Position numbers and translations under genes: made by a program
Notes under the pieces: generated by a model
Seen by the model: only the letters and a program-made list of their open reading frames with translations
The model's database searches: none
What the model was told of the DNA's origin: nothing
Part shown: positions 30,957-39,549 of the stretch, one piece after another
Numbering within the stretch: position 1 is the stretch's first letter
How the letters are laid out: the number at the start of each line of letters is the position of its first letter
Source of the DNA: Dehalococcoidia bacterium
GTDB lineage: Bacteria; Chloroflexota; Dehalococcoidia; Lucifugimonadales; Australimonadaceae
DNA: 64,000 bases
Direction: 5' to 3'
NCBI GenBank assembly: GCA_965261385.1
Contig: CBDHDB010000001.1
Location: 737,145-801,144 of the forward strand

Positions 30957-31909
30957 CTTTGCTAGTTCCTCTCCGCACTCTGGACAATGGGACGTTGTGC
31001 GACAAAAATACGCTGATGTAGGTCTCCCATAAGCGTTAGAGTCCTTTGGAGGACACAGTGGTCACAGTTGTCCGATCTCCTAGGAGGCCTCCAGAGTTCG
31101 CATAGGGTCGGCAATTGCTATCAAGGCAGCCAGCTCTCCTTTGTGGGTGGGTAGCATATCACCTCTTTCGGTGCTTGACCCATTCCAGCGTTGCTGCCCT
31201 GGTTTGGGCCGATAGGCTATCTAACGCAGCTATACAGGTTCTCTCTTTGTACGGCCTCGGCCGTGGCCTGCGTCGGCATGCTGTTACCACGGTTGGTATT
31301 AGGGCCATGCGGGCGGAGCTGTGGCGTGGGCGAGTGGAAAGGCCCTTCGTGAGTCTAAGGGATATGGGGCAGGCCGACCACCGACGTACCCGTCGTAGGT
31401 CGGCCCTGAACGGAGCGTCGGTGGGCGATGACGTGGTTTGATGGCGTCCTAAGGAGGCCGCCTCTCGGCCTCAACATGACTGCCCAAAGGCGGCGGGACC
31501 TCCTCCTGAGCGGCACCCTGATGTTTGATAGCGTACTTGACCAGCATGGTGAAGAGGCGGCGCAGCCGGTCTTCGGCGTCGAGGCCGGGGTTGAAGTCGA
31601 CCCTCTCCACCCTCAGTTCCGGTCCAGTCCCGCCGGAGTTCTTCGGTCTCTTTCGGCTTCTCTTGTCTTCCATATATCGTTGTCCCGGTATCCACGGCGC
31701 AGGCAAAACCGGCCTGATGCGCCGGACCTGCGCTCATCCTGCCCGGCGAACCCGAGGGCCGCCGGTCTCTCGTTCAGCTCCCGATCATTCGAGCTTCCAC
31801 TCACATGTGTGCTTCTCCAGGTCTGCCATAGGCCGCCGGTGCGGGGACGGGTGGGCGCGCACCGGCAGCGTCGGTCGTGGGTTGGGTCGGATTCCGGTCC
31901 GCCGCCGCC

Positions 31910-32302
31910 CTATAACAAGGGGATAGGTCCTCCTGTTATGGCGAATGGGCAGGCGGGGCATGGCGTCGGGCCCCGCCTGAGGGGGACCTGGAAGCCCTCG
32001 TCGAAGCCCTCGCGGGCGAGGATCTGCAGGCCGCCGGGCGTCCGGAACGCAAGCAGGTAGAGGGAGTGCATGGCTCCCCCGCAGGGCTCCGTTCCCTTGC
32101 GCCACCGGAGCACCTGCTTGAGCCCCGCGCCCACGACCTGGGCGAACACGATCCAGGTGTGGCCGGTGGCCTTCTTCAGCCGGTTGAGGCGGTCCGGGAA
32201 GTCCTCCGGCAGCACGCCCTTTCCGGCGGGTCTGGAGTCGCCGTCGCTGGCGGCGCAAGACGGATAGCCGTCCAATAGGAGAGAAGAGTCACGGTTTGTC
32301 AC
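31910..32302 (-). CDS. Hypothetical protein, possible HTH domain
   Basis: 130 aa. Its GTG start forms a GTGA overlap with the stop of the upstream XRE-like frame. The central segment RLNRLKKATGHTWIVFAQVVGAGLKQVLRWRKG looks HTH-like. Confidence 0.4.
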   Translation of the reverse strand: MTNRDSSLLLDGYPSCAASDGDSRPAGKGVLPEDFPDRLNRLKKATGHTWIVFAQVVGAGLKQVLRWRKGTEPCGGAMHSLYLLAFRTPGGLQILAREGFDEGFQVPLRRGPTPCPACPFAITGGPIPLL

Positions 32303-32571
32303 TGCGGTTCCTCCAATCTGAAGAGTTCATGAAAGTCCTTTACGCCAAGTGCCTTCTGCATCCGTTGGCGGATGCGTCCCGAAGGCGCGCGCCCCTCGTT
32401 GACCAGCATGGAGAGGTAGCCCGGGCTGATCCCGGCCTCTCCGGCGAGCCAGCTCTAGGTGCGGTTCAGCACCGCCAACCGACCCCAGAGCGCGGCAGTG
32501 TTGAGCCGGACAACGGTCCGTCCCCGACGCCTCCGATAGCCTCTCGATTCGTTGTCTTCGTGCGAGCGCAT
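32299..32571 (-). pseudogene. XRE-family HTH regulator frame interrupted by an in-frame TAG (codon 39)
   Basis: ATG 32571 has a GGAG RBS. The frame reads MRSHEDNESRGYRRRRGRTVVRLNTAALWGRLAVLNRT*SWLAGEAGISPGYLSMLVNEGRAPSGRIRQRMQKALGV..., with the TAG at 32455-32457 lying inside the HTH. Confidence 0.5.
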
Positions 32572-32584
32572 AGCGTGGGTCTCC

Positions 32585-34288
32585 CTATGGGGAAGGGAGC
32601 GGGAACCTCCGCTCCTCTTCAGTGTGTTGGTCGTTGTTCAGCGGGCCGGGAGCACGCGGGTGAGCGCCCAGCCGGTCGGGGGTCCGCCAGACGCGTCCCA
32701 GCGGTCCCCGCTCGTCGATGGCCGCCTTGTGGGAGACCCACAAGGGGGTTTGGACCTTGGCCCGCGCCATCGCCTCCCGCGCCACGCGCAGGAAGTGGAC
32801 CGGCGCGATTTCGTCGTCGAAGACGACGAAGACGGCGGGCTGCGCGCCGTGGTCGTCGGTGGGCTGGTGGGAGGAGTAGTAGCGCAGGTAGGGCGCGAGC
32901 CGCGCCGCCATAGTCGCCGGGCGCACCGCGCGGCGCTCCCACTCCAGGAAGAAGGGCCAACTTATGGAACCCTTGCGCAGGACGCCGAAGGCGTCGGGGT
33001 GGACCGAGCGCAGCCCGCCGCCATGCCGGAAGTGCCTCGACGCGCGATGGGGCGGGTCGATCTGCGCGACCTCCCATCCCAGGTAGCGCGACTGCCGGGC
33101 CAGCGCCGCGATAAAGGCGTGGACCGCCGCGGTGTGCTCGATGTTTCTGAGCAGCTGGCGGCTTCTCCTCCCGGACACGTTGCGCCAGGCGAAAGAGGCC
33201 TTCGGCTCCAGGGGAGCGGCGCTCCAGCGCTTCCGCGCCACGCCCACGGAGGCGCGGTCGCGGCGGGCCAGGAGCGCCAGCCCCCGGTCGGCGAGGACCA
33301 GGCGTCCCCCTCCGGCGGCGACGCGGGCGACGAGACCGGACCCTTCGAGGAGGGCCACGATCTGGGAGGCGCGCGGCCCCGAGACGGCCAGCAGGCCCGC
33401 CAGGTCCCTCTGCGAGACCCAGGGCCAGTCGGCGAGCAGGTCGAGGGCGCGCTTCTCTGCGGGCTTCAGTAGGGCGGGCAGCAGGTGGCCGTGTATGTGG
33501 CGCCCCGGAGCGCCCATTTCAATGTCGATGGGTAGGGTTGCCCGCGAGAGGCGCCGCTCCACGGGGAGCGCGCCTCCGGGACGTATCCGGGCGAGCGCCG
33601 ACCGCAGGTCGAGGGCCGCGTTGACGGAGGGCGGACGCCATACCGAGGCGGCGCCGGACAGGACCGCCTCGCGCTCCAACGCGAGGAGCGCCGGGACGGA
33701 CGTGCGGGCGAGCAGTCTGCGGGCATGCCGCAGCCGCGCCTCGTCGGGCATGAGCATGAGGACGGCCCCGGGAAGCGGCCCCTCCCCCAGCCGCCAGAGC
33801 CGCTTGGAGAAGCCCGTCCTATCGGCGGCGCGTCCCTGCCGAACGATTGCGACCGTCCGTCCGCCGGGGAGCAGGATGGCGGCGTCCATGGGCATGGCCC
33901 TGTATAGCCGCAGGCGTATGGGGTGGGCGATGTTGGAGACGGCGGCGGCCAGGCGGTAGATGGCGGCGAGGGCATCGAGGCGTCCCAGCAGAATGCGCCG
34001 CCACTGGGCGGATAGCGGACGGGCGCGAATCAGGTCGTCGACGGTCACGCCCTCGTCCTGCGCCAGCCGGAGCAGACCGGCGGCGGTGAGGTGAAAGCGC
34101 CGGGTCGGCGGGACGAGGTCCGTTGCGTGGGGGACGGAAGCAACCAGCCCTCTGTCCTCCAGCTCCCGGAAGCCCTCGTAGACCGCGCCCCTGGACCAGC
34201 CGGAGACGGCGGCCATCTCCAGGCGGTCGAGGAAGGGCGCCGACGCCAGCCTGCGGAGCAGCTCTCCTTCGCACTGAGAAAGTCTCAT
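32585..34288 (-). CDS. Replication-relaxation family protein (putative relaxase/accessory) with tandem winged-helix domains
   Basis: Two MarR-like wHTH segments (AVSGWSRGAVYEGFRELEDRGLV and VSQRDLAGLLAVSGPRASQIVALLEGSGLV) are followed by a C-terminal HTAAVHAF...HPDAFGVL...FFLEWERR nuclease-like core. The start has an ATGA overlap with the T4CP stop. Confidence 0.55.
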   Translation of the reverse strand: MRLSQCEGELLRRLASAPFLDRLEMAAVSGWSRGAVYEGFRELEDRGLVASVPHATDLVPPTRRFHLTAAGLLRLAQDEGVTVDDLIRARPLSAQWRRILLGRLDALAAIYRLAAAVSNIAHPIRLRLYRAMPMDAAILLPGGRTVAIVRQGRAADRTGFSKRLWRLGEGPLPGAVLMLMPDEARLRHARRLLARTSVPALLALEREAVLSGAASVWRPPSVNAALDLRSALARIRPGGALPVERRLSRATLPIDIEMGAPGRHIHGHLLPALLKPAEKRALDLLADWPWVSQRDLAGLLAVSGPRASQIVALLEGSGLVARVAAGGGRLVLADRGLALLARRDRASVGVARKRWSAAPLEPKASFAWRNVSGRRSRQLLRNIEHTAAVHAFIAALARQSRYLGWEVAQIDPPHRASRHFRHGGGLRSVHPDAFGVLRKGSISWPFFLEWERRAVRPATMAARLAPYLRYYSSHQPTDDHGAQPAVFVVFDDEIAPVHFLRVAREAMARAKVQTPLWVSHKAAIDERGPLGRVWRTPDRLGAHPRAPGPLNNDQHTEEERRFPLPSP

Positions 34289-36366
34289 CCCTCTCGCTCC
34301 TCCCCGCCTGCGTTCGCATCGGCGGCCGCTCCTCCGCCCCGCTCCGCGCCCGGCGCATCCTCTTCGGCGGCTGCGTTCGCCCCCTCTCCGGCGGCGTCGC
34401 CGTCACGAATTCGCTTGCTCCGCTGCCTGCGCCGCTCCGAGTCCGATGGGGCGGCCTGCTCCTTCGGTAGTTCCCCCGCCGGTTCCCCCGCCTGCTCGCC
34501 GCCATCGGCGAGGGCGTGCAGTCCCGCCCGGTACTCCTCCGCCCGCTTCTCCGACTCCGCCTGCCCGGCGGCGATCTCCTCAGCCGGCGTGGTGTAGCCC
34601 CCGGCGGCGGCGCGGATGCGGGCGGCGGTCTCCGGGTCTCCCGGATCGGGCGGCCTCACCTGCATGGAGAAGGCGGGAAGCCGCTCCCTGCCCACGGTGG
34701 CCCTCACGTAGCAGTGGTGGACCGGCAGGGAGGTGATGTCGTCCTCAGACACCCGGTCCTTGCCCAGCTCCCACACCAGCTGCCGCGCGTCGGAACCGGC
34801 CACCTGGAAGATGGCGAGGCAGCCCACGTTGGCCAGCAGGGTGTCCCGCATCGTGCGGGAGAGGTCGTCCAGCTTGGCGAGGCTCTGGGTGGCCAAGATG
34901 AACGACGCCCCGAACTTTCCCAGCTCGGAGAGCATCGACTCGTAGTCGACGCCGGGCATGGACTGCATCTCGTCCACCACGACCAGCGCTCCCCGCCGCT
35001 TCTCCGGGGGCAGGCCCTCCTGCTCCCGGATGACCGAGTCCACCAGATTGAGGAGGGAGGCCCCGACCAGTGCGGCCACGTCGCGCCCCGCCGTTCCCTG
35101 GGCGGTGGAGACCAGCAGCACGCCGCCGTCGAGGATGGTCTGCCGCAGGTCGATGGTGGAGCGGGGCTGGCCGAGGATGGCGCGGGCGCGCTTGGACGAT
35201 GCGTAGTAGGCGAGGCGGGTCTGGACGGGGGCGATGGCCTCGGCCCGGTACTCGCGGCGCCAGCCGCCGAAGTCCCTCGCCCACCACTCCAGCAGGTAGG
35301 GGTCGCTCACCTTCGCCAGGACCCCGTTGCGGAACTTGGCGTCGGACAGCAGGGGCAGCCCGTCCAGGATGGTGTGTTGCTCGCCCGCATGCGTCGAGGG
35401 GTGCGCGTTGGCTTCGTGAAGACTCTTGACGGTGTGTTCGAGGATCGACTGCATCCTCGGCCCCCACAGCCCCCTGGCCACGCGCACCACCGAGTCGGTG
35501 GTGCGGTCCCTATCGGCGAAGATGCGGGTATCGAGCAGATTGACGCCGGGCGCGCCCCTATCGTCCGCCAGGTCGATGAGGCGCACTTGGCCGGCGAGGG
35601 ACTCGGGGACCTGCTCCAACAGCCCGCCCACCAGGTCGGCGTGGGGGTCGACGACGATGATGGCGTCGGAGTCCCTGCCCGCCGCCTTCTCCCGCATCTT
35701 GTGGGCGGCGATGTGGCTCATGAGGGTGGACTTGCCCATGCGGGTGCGGGCGACATAGAGGTGATGGCGGTGGAGGAGGTCGTCGGGAAAGCGGATCTCA
35801 CGGGGCGTCCCCGCGGTCGTGTCGCCCACGAGCGCTCCGACCTTCACGCCCCGCGCCGAGGGGAGGAGCACCCTTGCGCCGGAGCGCTCGACGAGGGGCG
35901 TCTCGTCCCTGGCCCCCGGCGGGTGCCACAGGGCGGCAACCTCGCGGACGCCGAGGACGCTGCGCTTGCCGAAGAATCCGGGGCCGGTGGGGTGCAGCAA
36001 AGGGATAGGGACCACGGGCCGGACCTTGCCGGCCTTGAAGCGCGCCCCTGCGGGATGGTCGTAGTGACGGTAGGCCACGGCGACGGCGTTGAGCAGCTCG
36101 TGGGCGCGCTCCCCAGTCTCGCCAGGCGGCAGGATAGCGGCGACCTGGACCTCCGCGTCGAAGGCGATGTGGGAGACCTTCTCCCGGATGATGAGCGGGT
36201 CGTAGACGCGGGAGCGGGCCTTCTTCCAGCGATGCCAGACCCAGCCCGCCAGGGCCAGGCCGGCGAAGACGCCCAGGCCCAGGAGCGCGGCGTTCCACGT
36301 CTCCCCGGCCTGGACCCACAGGTATCCCTTGAGCACCGCCAGCGCGCCCACGCCCAGGACCGTCAT
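34285..36366 (-). CDS. T4SS coupling protein-like ATPase (VirD4/TraD/TcpA-like)
   Basis: Two N-terminal TM helices, then Walker A ARTRMGKSTLM and Walker B LVVVDEMQSM. ATG 36366 overlaps the upstream stop (ATGA). Confidence 0.8.
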   Translation of the reverse strand: MTVLGVGALAVLKGYLWVQAGETWNAALLGLGVFAGLALAGWVWHRWKKARSRVYDPLIIREKVSHIAFDAEVQVAAILPPGETGERAHELLNAVAVAYRHYDHPAGARFKAGKVRPVVPIPLLHPTGPGFFGKRSVLGVREVAALWHPPGARDETPLVERSGARVLLPSARGVKVGALVGDTTAGTPREIRFPDDLLHRHHLYVARTRMGKSTLMSHIAAHKMREKAAGRDSDAIIVVDPHADLVGGLLEQVPESLAGQVRLIDLADDRGAPGVNLLDTRIFADRDRTTDSVVRVARGLWGPRMQSILEHTVKSLHEANAHPSTHAGEQHTILDGLPLLSDAKFRNGVLAKVSDPYLLEWWARDFGGWRREYRAEAIAPVQTRLAYYASSKRARAILGQPRSTIDLRQTILDGGVLLVSTAQGTAGRDVAALVGASLLNLVDSVIREQEGLPPEKRRGALVVVDEMQSMPGVDYESMLSELGKFGASFILATQSLAKLDDLSRTMRDTLLANVGCLAIFQVAGSDARQLVWELGKDRVSEDDITSLPVHHCYVRATVGRERLPAFSMQVRPPDPGDPETAARIRAAAGGYTTPAEEIAAGQAESEKRAEEYRAGLHALADGGEQAGEPAGELPKEQAAPSDSERRRQRSKRIRDGDAAGEGANAAAEEDAPGAERGGGAAADANAGGEEREG

Positions 36367-36929
36367 GGTGGCGACGTCGGTCTGGGTGGCCCTGGCCCGT
36401 TCCGCGTCGGGGGAGAGCCGGGGCCCGGCCCCTTCAGCGCCTTTGCGAGGTGGGGCTGCGACCAGTCGGGGCCGAGGGAGCGCAGCAGCAGGCGGGCCAC
36501 GATGCGCTCCCCCTCCCGCAGGTCCGACAGCGCGCCCAGGAGGGCGATGAGCGGGTCGGAGCCGGGGTCGAGCAGGTCGTCGTCGCGGAAGACCCGCAGC
36601 GGCGCGTATTCGGGGCCGCCCGACCGGAGGGTCACACCCCACGCCTGCTCCCCCTCTTCGAGGCGCAGGGGGTCCTCTTCCTCCGGGACCTCGCGAATGC
36701 GGGCCTGAGGGTAGTGGGCCGCGATCTGGCCCTGCACCACCTCCTTGTCGAGGCAGCGGGCCATGAGGGACACGCCGTGGATATCGCCCGCCAGCTCCAA
36801 CGAGAATGGTTCAGGGACGGCGATGGAGCCGAGCAGGTTCTCCACGCCGAGGAGGGTCCGCTCGCCGGTCCTCGGCGGCGTCATCGCCAGCAGCGCGGGG
36901 GCTTCTTCCGGTCGTCGCCGAACAGCCAT
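36363..36929 (-). CDS. Hypothetical protein translationally coupled to the coupling protein (possibly its detached N-terminal domain)
   Basis: 188-aa ORF with a Pro-rich tail that ends in an ATGA overlap with the T4CP start. Confidence 0.45.
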   Translation of the reverse strand: MAVRRRPEEAPALLAMTPPRTGERTLLGVENLLGSIAVPEPFSLELAGDIHGVSLMARCLDKEVVQGQIAAHYPQARIREVPEEEDPLRLEEGEQAWGVTLRSGGPEYAPLRVFRDDDLLDPGSDPLIALLGALSDLREGERIVARLLLRSLGPDWSQPHLAKALKGPGPGSPPTRNGPGPPRPTSPP

Positions 36930-37028
36930 CTGATGGGGTTCAGTTTCATAGGTTCCTACCTCTATGGGTCTCTCTTGGTAATAGGTTTCGCTTGCGTGTT
37001 CGCCATTTCCGTCCGTTCCGCTCGCCGG

Positions 37029-39221
37029 TCAGTCGCGCCTGCCGGGCCGCCACTCGATGACCTCTGTTTCCTCCGGCGTGGCCTCGATGCGGATGGGGAA
37101 CCGGTTGCCCTTCGCGATGAGGAGGCCGTCGCCTCTCGGACAGGAGACGAGCCAGCGCTGCAGCTCCGGCGGTAGGTCGAAGGCGTCCCCCACCGCGCCC
37201 ACGGCGGCGGAGTCCTGTTGCAGGAGCAGCTTGAAAGCGGCGTTCTGGAGGAGGGCCCTGCCGGAGTGGCCGGTGATGGCCCGCGAGGTGTCCTCGCTGA
37301 GCAGGTCCTGCACGTCCTGGGTGATGAACCGCAGGCCGAGGAGGTGCTTCCTGGCGCGCTTGGCCATGGAGACCATGAAGGCCGCGCCCTCGGGGTGCTG
37401 CATGATCGACCACACCTCGTCCACGACGAGCAGGCGGGGCTTGGGGTCCTGGGCGGCCGCGGCCCACACCGTCTCGGTGCAGACCATGGCGGCGGCGGGG
37501 CGCAGCTCCGGTTCGAGGAGGCGCAGGTCGAAGACGGTGACCAGCGCCTCGCCGGCGAGCAGGTCGTCCCCCTCGTCGGAGAGGAGGTGCCGCAGGCTGC
37601 CGGTGGCGAAGGGGCGGAGCAGCTTCGCCATCTCGTTCTCCTCGCCGCCTTCGAGATGGGCGTAGAAGTCCTTGAAGCCCGTTCGCTCGCGGGGCTCGGC
37701 GTAGTAGCTGGCGAGGGCATGGTCGAGGGAGGCTCGGCGCTCGGCGCTGAGCCGCTCGCCAACCATCACCTCGATGAGCCTCCGCAGGCTGCCGATCCGC
37801 TGCAGCAGCTCCTCCGGGTCTCCCCGGTCGATGACGAAGGGGTTCATGCCCTGGCCGGGGACGCCGGGGGAGATGACGCGCCCGCCCGCCGCGCGGGCCA
37901 TGTCGGCGTATTCGCCCTCGGGGTCGATGACGTAGGCCGTTACCCCGCGAGTGAGTCCCCGCAGCACCGCCAGCTTGGTGGCGAAGGACTTGCCCGAGCC
38001 GGAGCGCGCCAGGACGGCGGTGTTGGCGTTGAGGTGGGTCCCGTCGAAGGGGTCGTAGACCACGGGGGAGCAGGCCCGCAGGTCGGTCCCGTAGAGCGTC
38101 CCCCTCCGGGTGTCCAGGTCGGGCGGGGAGAAGGGGAAGAGCCGGGCCAGGGAGGACGTGTCCAGGGTGCGCCACTCCGCCACGGCGTTGAGGGCCAGGG
38201 GCAGCGTGGACAGCATCCCCTCCCGCTGGCGGAAGGCGAGCGGGTCCAGCTTGCCGAGGGTGGCCCCGAAGTGTGCCCGCGCTCGCTGGGTCATCTCCTT
38301 CAGGGAGGCCGCGTCCTTGGCGTGGAGGGTGACGGAGAGGGACGAGTGGAAGAGCCGCTCCCGTCCCCGCTGCACCTCGTCGCGGAGCCGGGTGATGTCT
38401 TCGAGGGCGATCTCCGCCTCGGGGGAGAGACTGCGTCCCCGGCGGAGGGAGAGGGAGTGGGCGGACTCGAAGCGGACCTTCTGCCACTCCAGGGTGCGGG
38501 CCGCCTGGTCGGTGGGAATGGGGCCGAGGTGGACGGAGAGGTCCATGGGGATCCCGGCGGCCATGAGGCCCTGGAGGAAGCCGGGAGACAGCGACCGGGG
38601 CCATTTGCCCAGGTGGAGGGAGCGGATGAGGCGTTCCCCGACGCGGATGTCGCGGCGGTTGACCTCGACTTCCACCTGCGTGTCCTCCTCCGTCTCGGCG
38701 GGCGCGCCGCCGAGGGCCGAGGCGAGCAGGAGCATCCGTAACTGGCGGCCCTTCAACGGATGCGCCGACAGGCCTGAGCGCGCTAGGAGCCCCCGTAAAT
38801 CGTCGGCGCGTTCGGTCTCGCATATCGCGTAGAAGCGCCGGTCGAGGATGCCGTCCCGGCTCTCCAAGTCTCTGAGCAGTCCCTGAAGAGAGTCCGCCGC
38901 CGCCGCGACCTGCGGGGGCAGGTCCTTGGGCTGGGCCTCTTGCAGGTCCGCCCGCATCTTCGCCAGGCGCGGCGGGTGTTGGCGGACGAGGAGCTGGACG
39001 GGGAAGTCGAGGGCGTTCAGCGCGCCGGCGAAGGACCCGAGCTTCGGCTCGTCGAGCTCGATGCCCATCACCTCGCAGACGCCGAGCTTCACGCCGTCGA
39101 GGCGGACCGGCCCGTCCTCCTCCAAGTGGGAAAGCATGAAGCACCGGGGCAGCGGGAGCGGCGGCTTCGGCTCGGCGTTCTTCCGCTCCCTATGCCTTGT
39201 GAGTGCAGATAGCTTTTTCAA
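37029..39221 (-). CDS. VirB4-family conjugative transfer ATPase
   Basis: Walker A ARSGSGKSFATKL and Walker B LLVVDEVWSIMQH. At 730 aa, its size and position next to PrgI-like and pilin-like genes fit VirB4. Confidence 0.85.
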   Translation of the reverse strand: MKKLSALTRHRERKNAEPKPPLPLPRCFMLSHLEEDGPVRLDGVKLGVCEVMGIELDEPKLGSFAGALNALDFPVQLLVRQHPPRLAKMRADLQEAQPKDLPPQVAAAADSLQGLLRDLESRDGILDRRFYAICETERADDLRGLLARSGLSAHPLKGRQLRMLLLASALGGAPAETEEDTQVEVEVNRRDIRVGERLIRSLHLGKWPRSLSPGFLQGLMAAGIPMDLSVHLGPIPTDQAARTLEWQKVRFESAHSLSLRRGRSLSPEAEIALEDITRLRDEVQRGRERLFHSSLSVTLHAKDAASLKEMTQRARAHFGATLGKLDPLAFRQREGMLSTLPLALNAVAEWRTLDTSSLARLFPFSPPDLDTRRGTLYGTDLRACSPVVYDPFDGTHLNANTAVLARSGSGKSFATKLAVLRGLTRGVTAYVIDPEGEYADMARAAGGRVISPGVPGQGMNPFVIDRGDPEELLQRIGSLRRLIEVMVGERLSAERRASLDHALASYYAEPRERTGFKDFYAHLEGGEENEMAKLLRPFATGSLRHLLSDEGDDLLAGEALVTVFDLRLLEPELRPAAAMVCTETVWAAAAQDPKPRLLVVDEVWSIMQHPEGAAFMVSMAKRARKHLLGLRFITQDVQDLLSEDTSRAITGHSGRALLQNAAFKLLLQQDSAAVGAVGDAFDLPPELQRWLVSCPRGDGLLIAKGNRFPIRIEATPEETEVIEWRPGRRD

Positions 39222-39240
39222 AGTGTCTTCTCCTTTCGGT

Positions 39241-39549
39241 CTAGGGGATGGGGACGATGCCGCTGAGGAGGGCGAGGGAGACGCCCTTGGCCGAGAGGAC
39301 GAGGACCAGTCCCACGACCGCGCCCACGACGGCGCTCCGGGCCCGGCCCCCGCGCTCCCCAGCCCCCTCCGCCATGAGGACGAAGCCCGCCCACACGATG
39401 GAGAAGAGGCAGAGTCCCGCCCCCGCGTAGCCCATCGCCGTCAGGACGCCGTCGAAGGCTGCGAGCATCTCCCGTTCCTCGGCCTCCGCCGCGCCGAGGG
39501 ACGCCAGCGCGGCGGAGGCGAGCGGCAGGGTTGCGACGCCCCGTCTCAT
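39241..39549 (-). CDS. VirB2/TrbC-like pilin candidate
   Basis: 102 aa with a signal-like N-terminus ending AAEA, then two hydrophobic helices separated by a charged loop (AEGAGERGGRARS). The ATG overlaps the upstream TAA by 1 nt. Confidence 0.5.
   Translation of the reverse strand: MRRGVATLPLASAALASLGAAEAEEREMLAAFDGVLTAMGYAGAGLCLFSIVWAGFVLMAEGAGERGGRARSAVVGAVVGLVLVLSAKGVSLALLSGIVPIP

Noticed and set aside
31115-32258. Overlapping ORFs 31115..31441, 31428..32060, 31449..31706 and 31785..32258
   Set aside because: They are mutually overlapping frames with no RBS or motif support. Only 31910..32302 is kept, on the basis of translational coupling. The 85-aa ORF 31449..31706 has a protein-like segment (DAEDRLRRLFTMLVKYAI), but the evidence is too weak to call it.
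34516-36708. 730-aa plus-strand ORF antisense to the coupling protein
   Set aside because: No motifs and a typical GC-driven open frame. The opposite strand encodes the Walker-motif ATPase.
36946-39144. 732-aa minus-strand ORF in an alternative frame to VirB4
   Set aside because: The frame of 37029..39221 carries the Walker A/B motifs and VirB4-like sequence. This frame is Arg/Pro/Gly-rich with no motifs.
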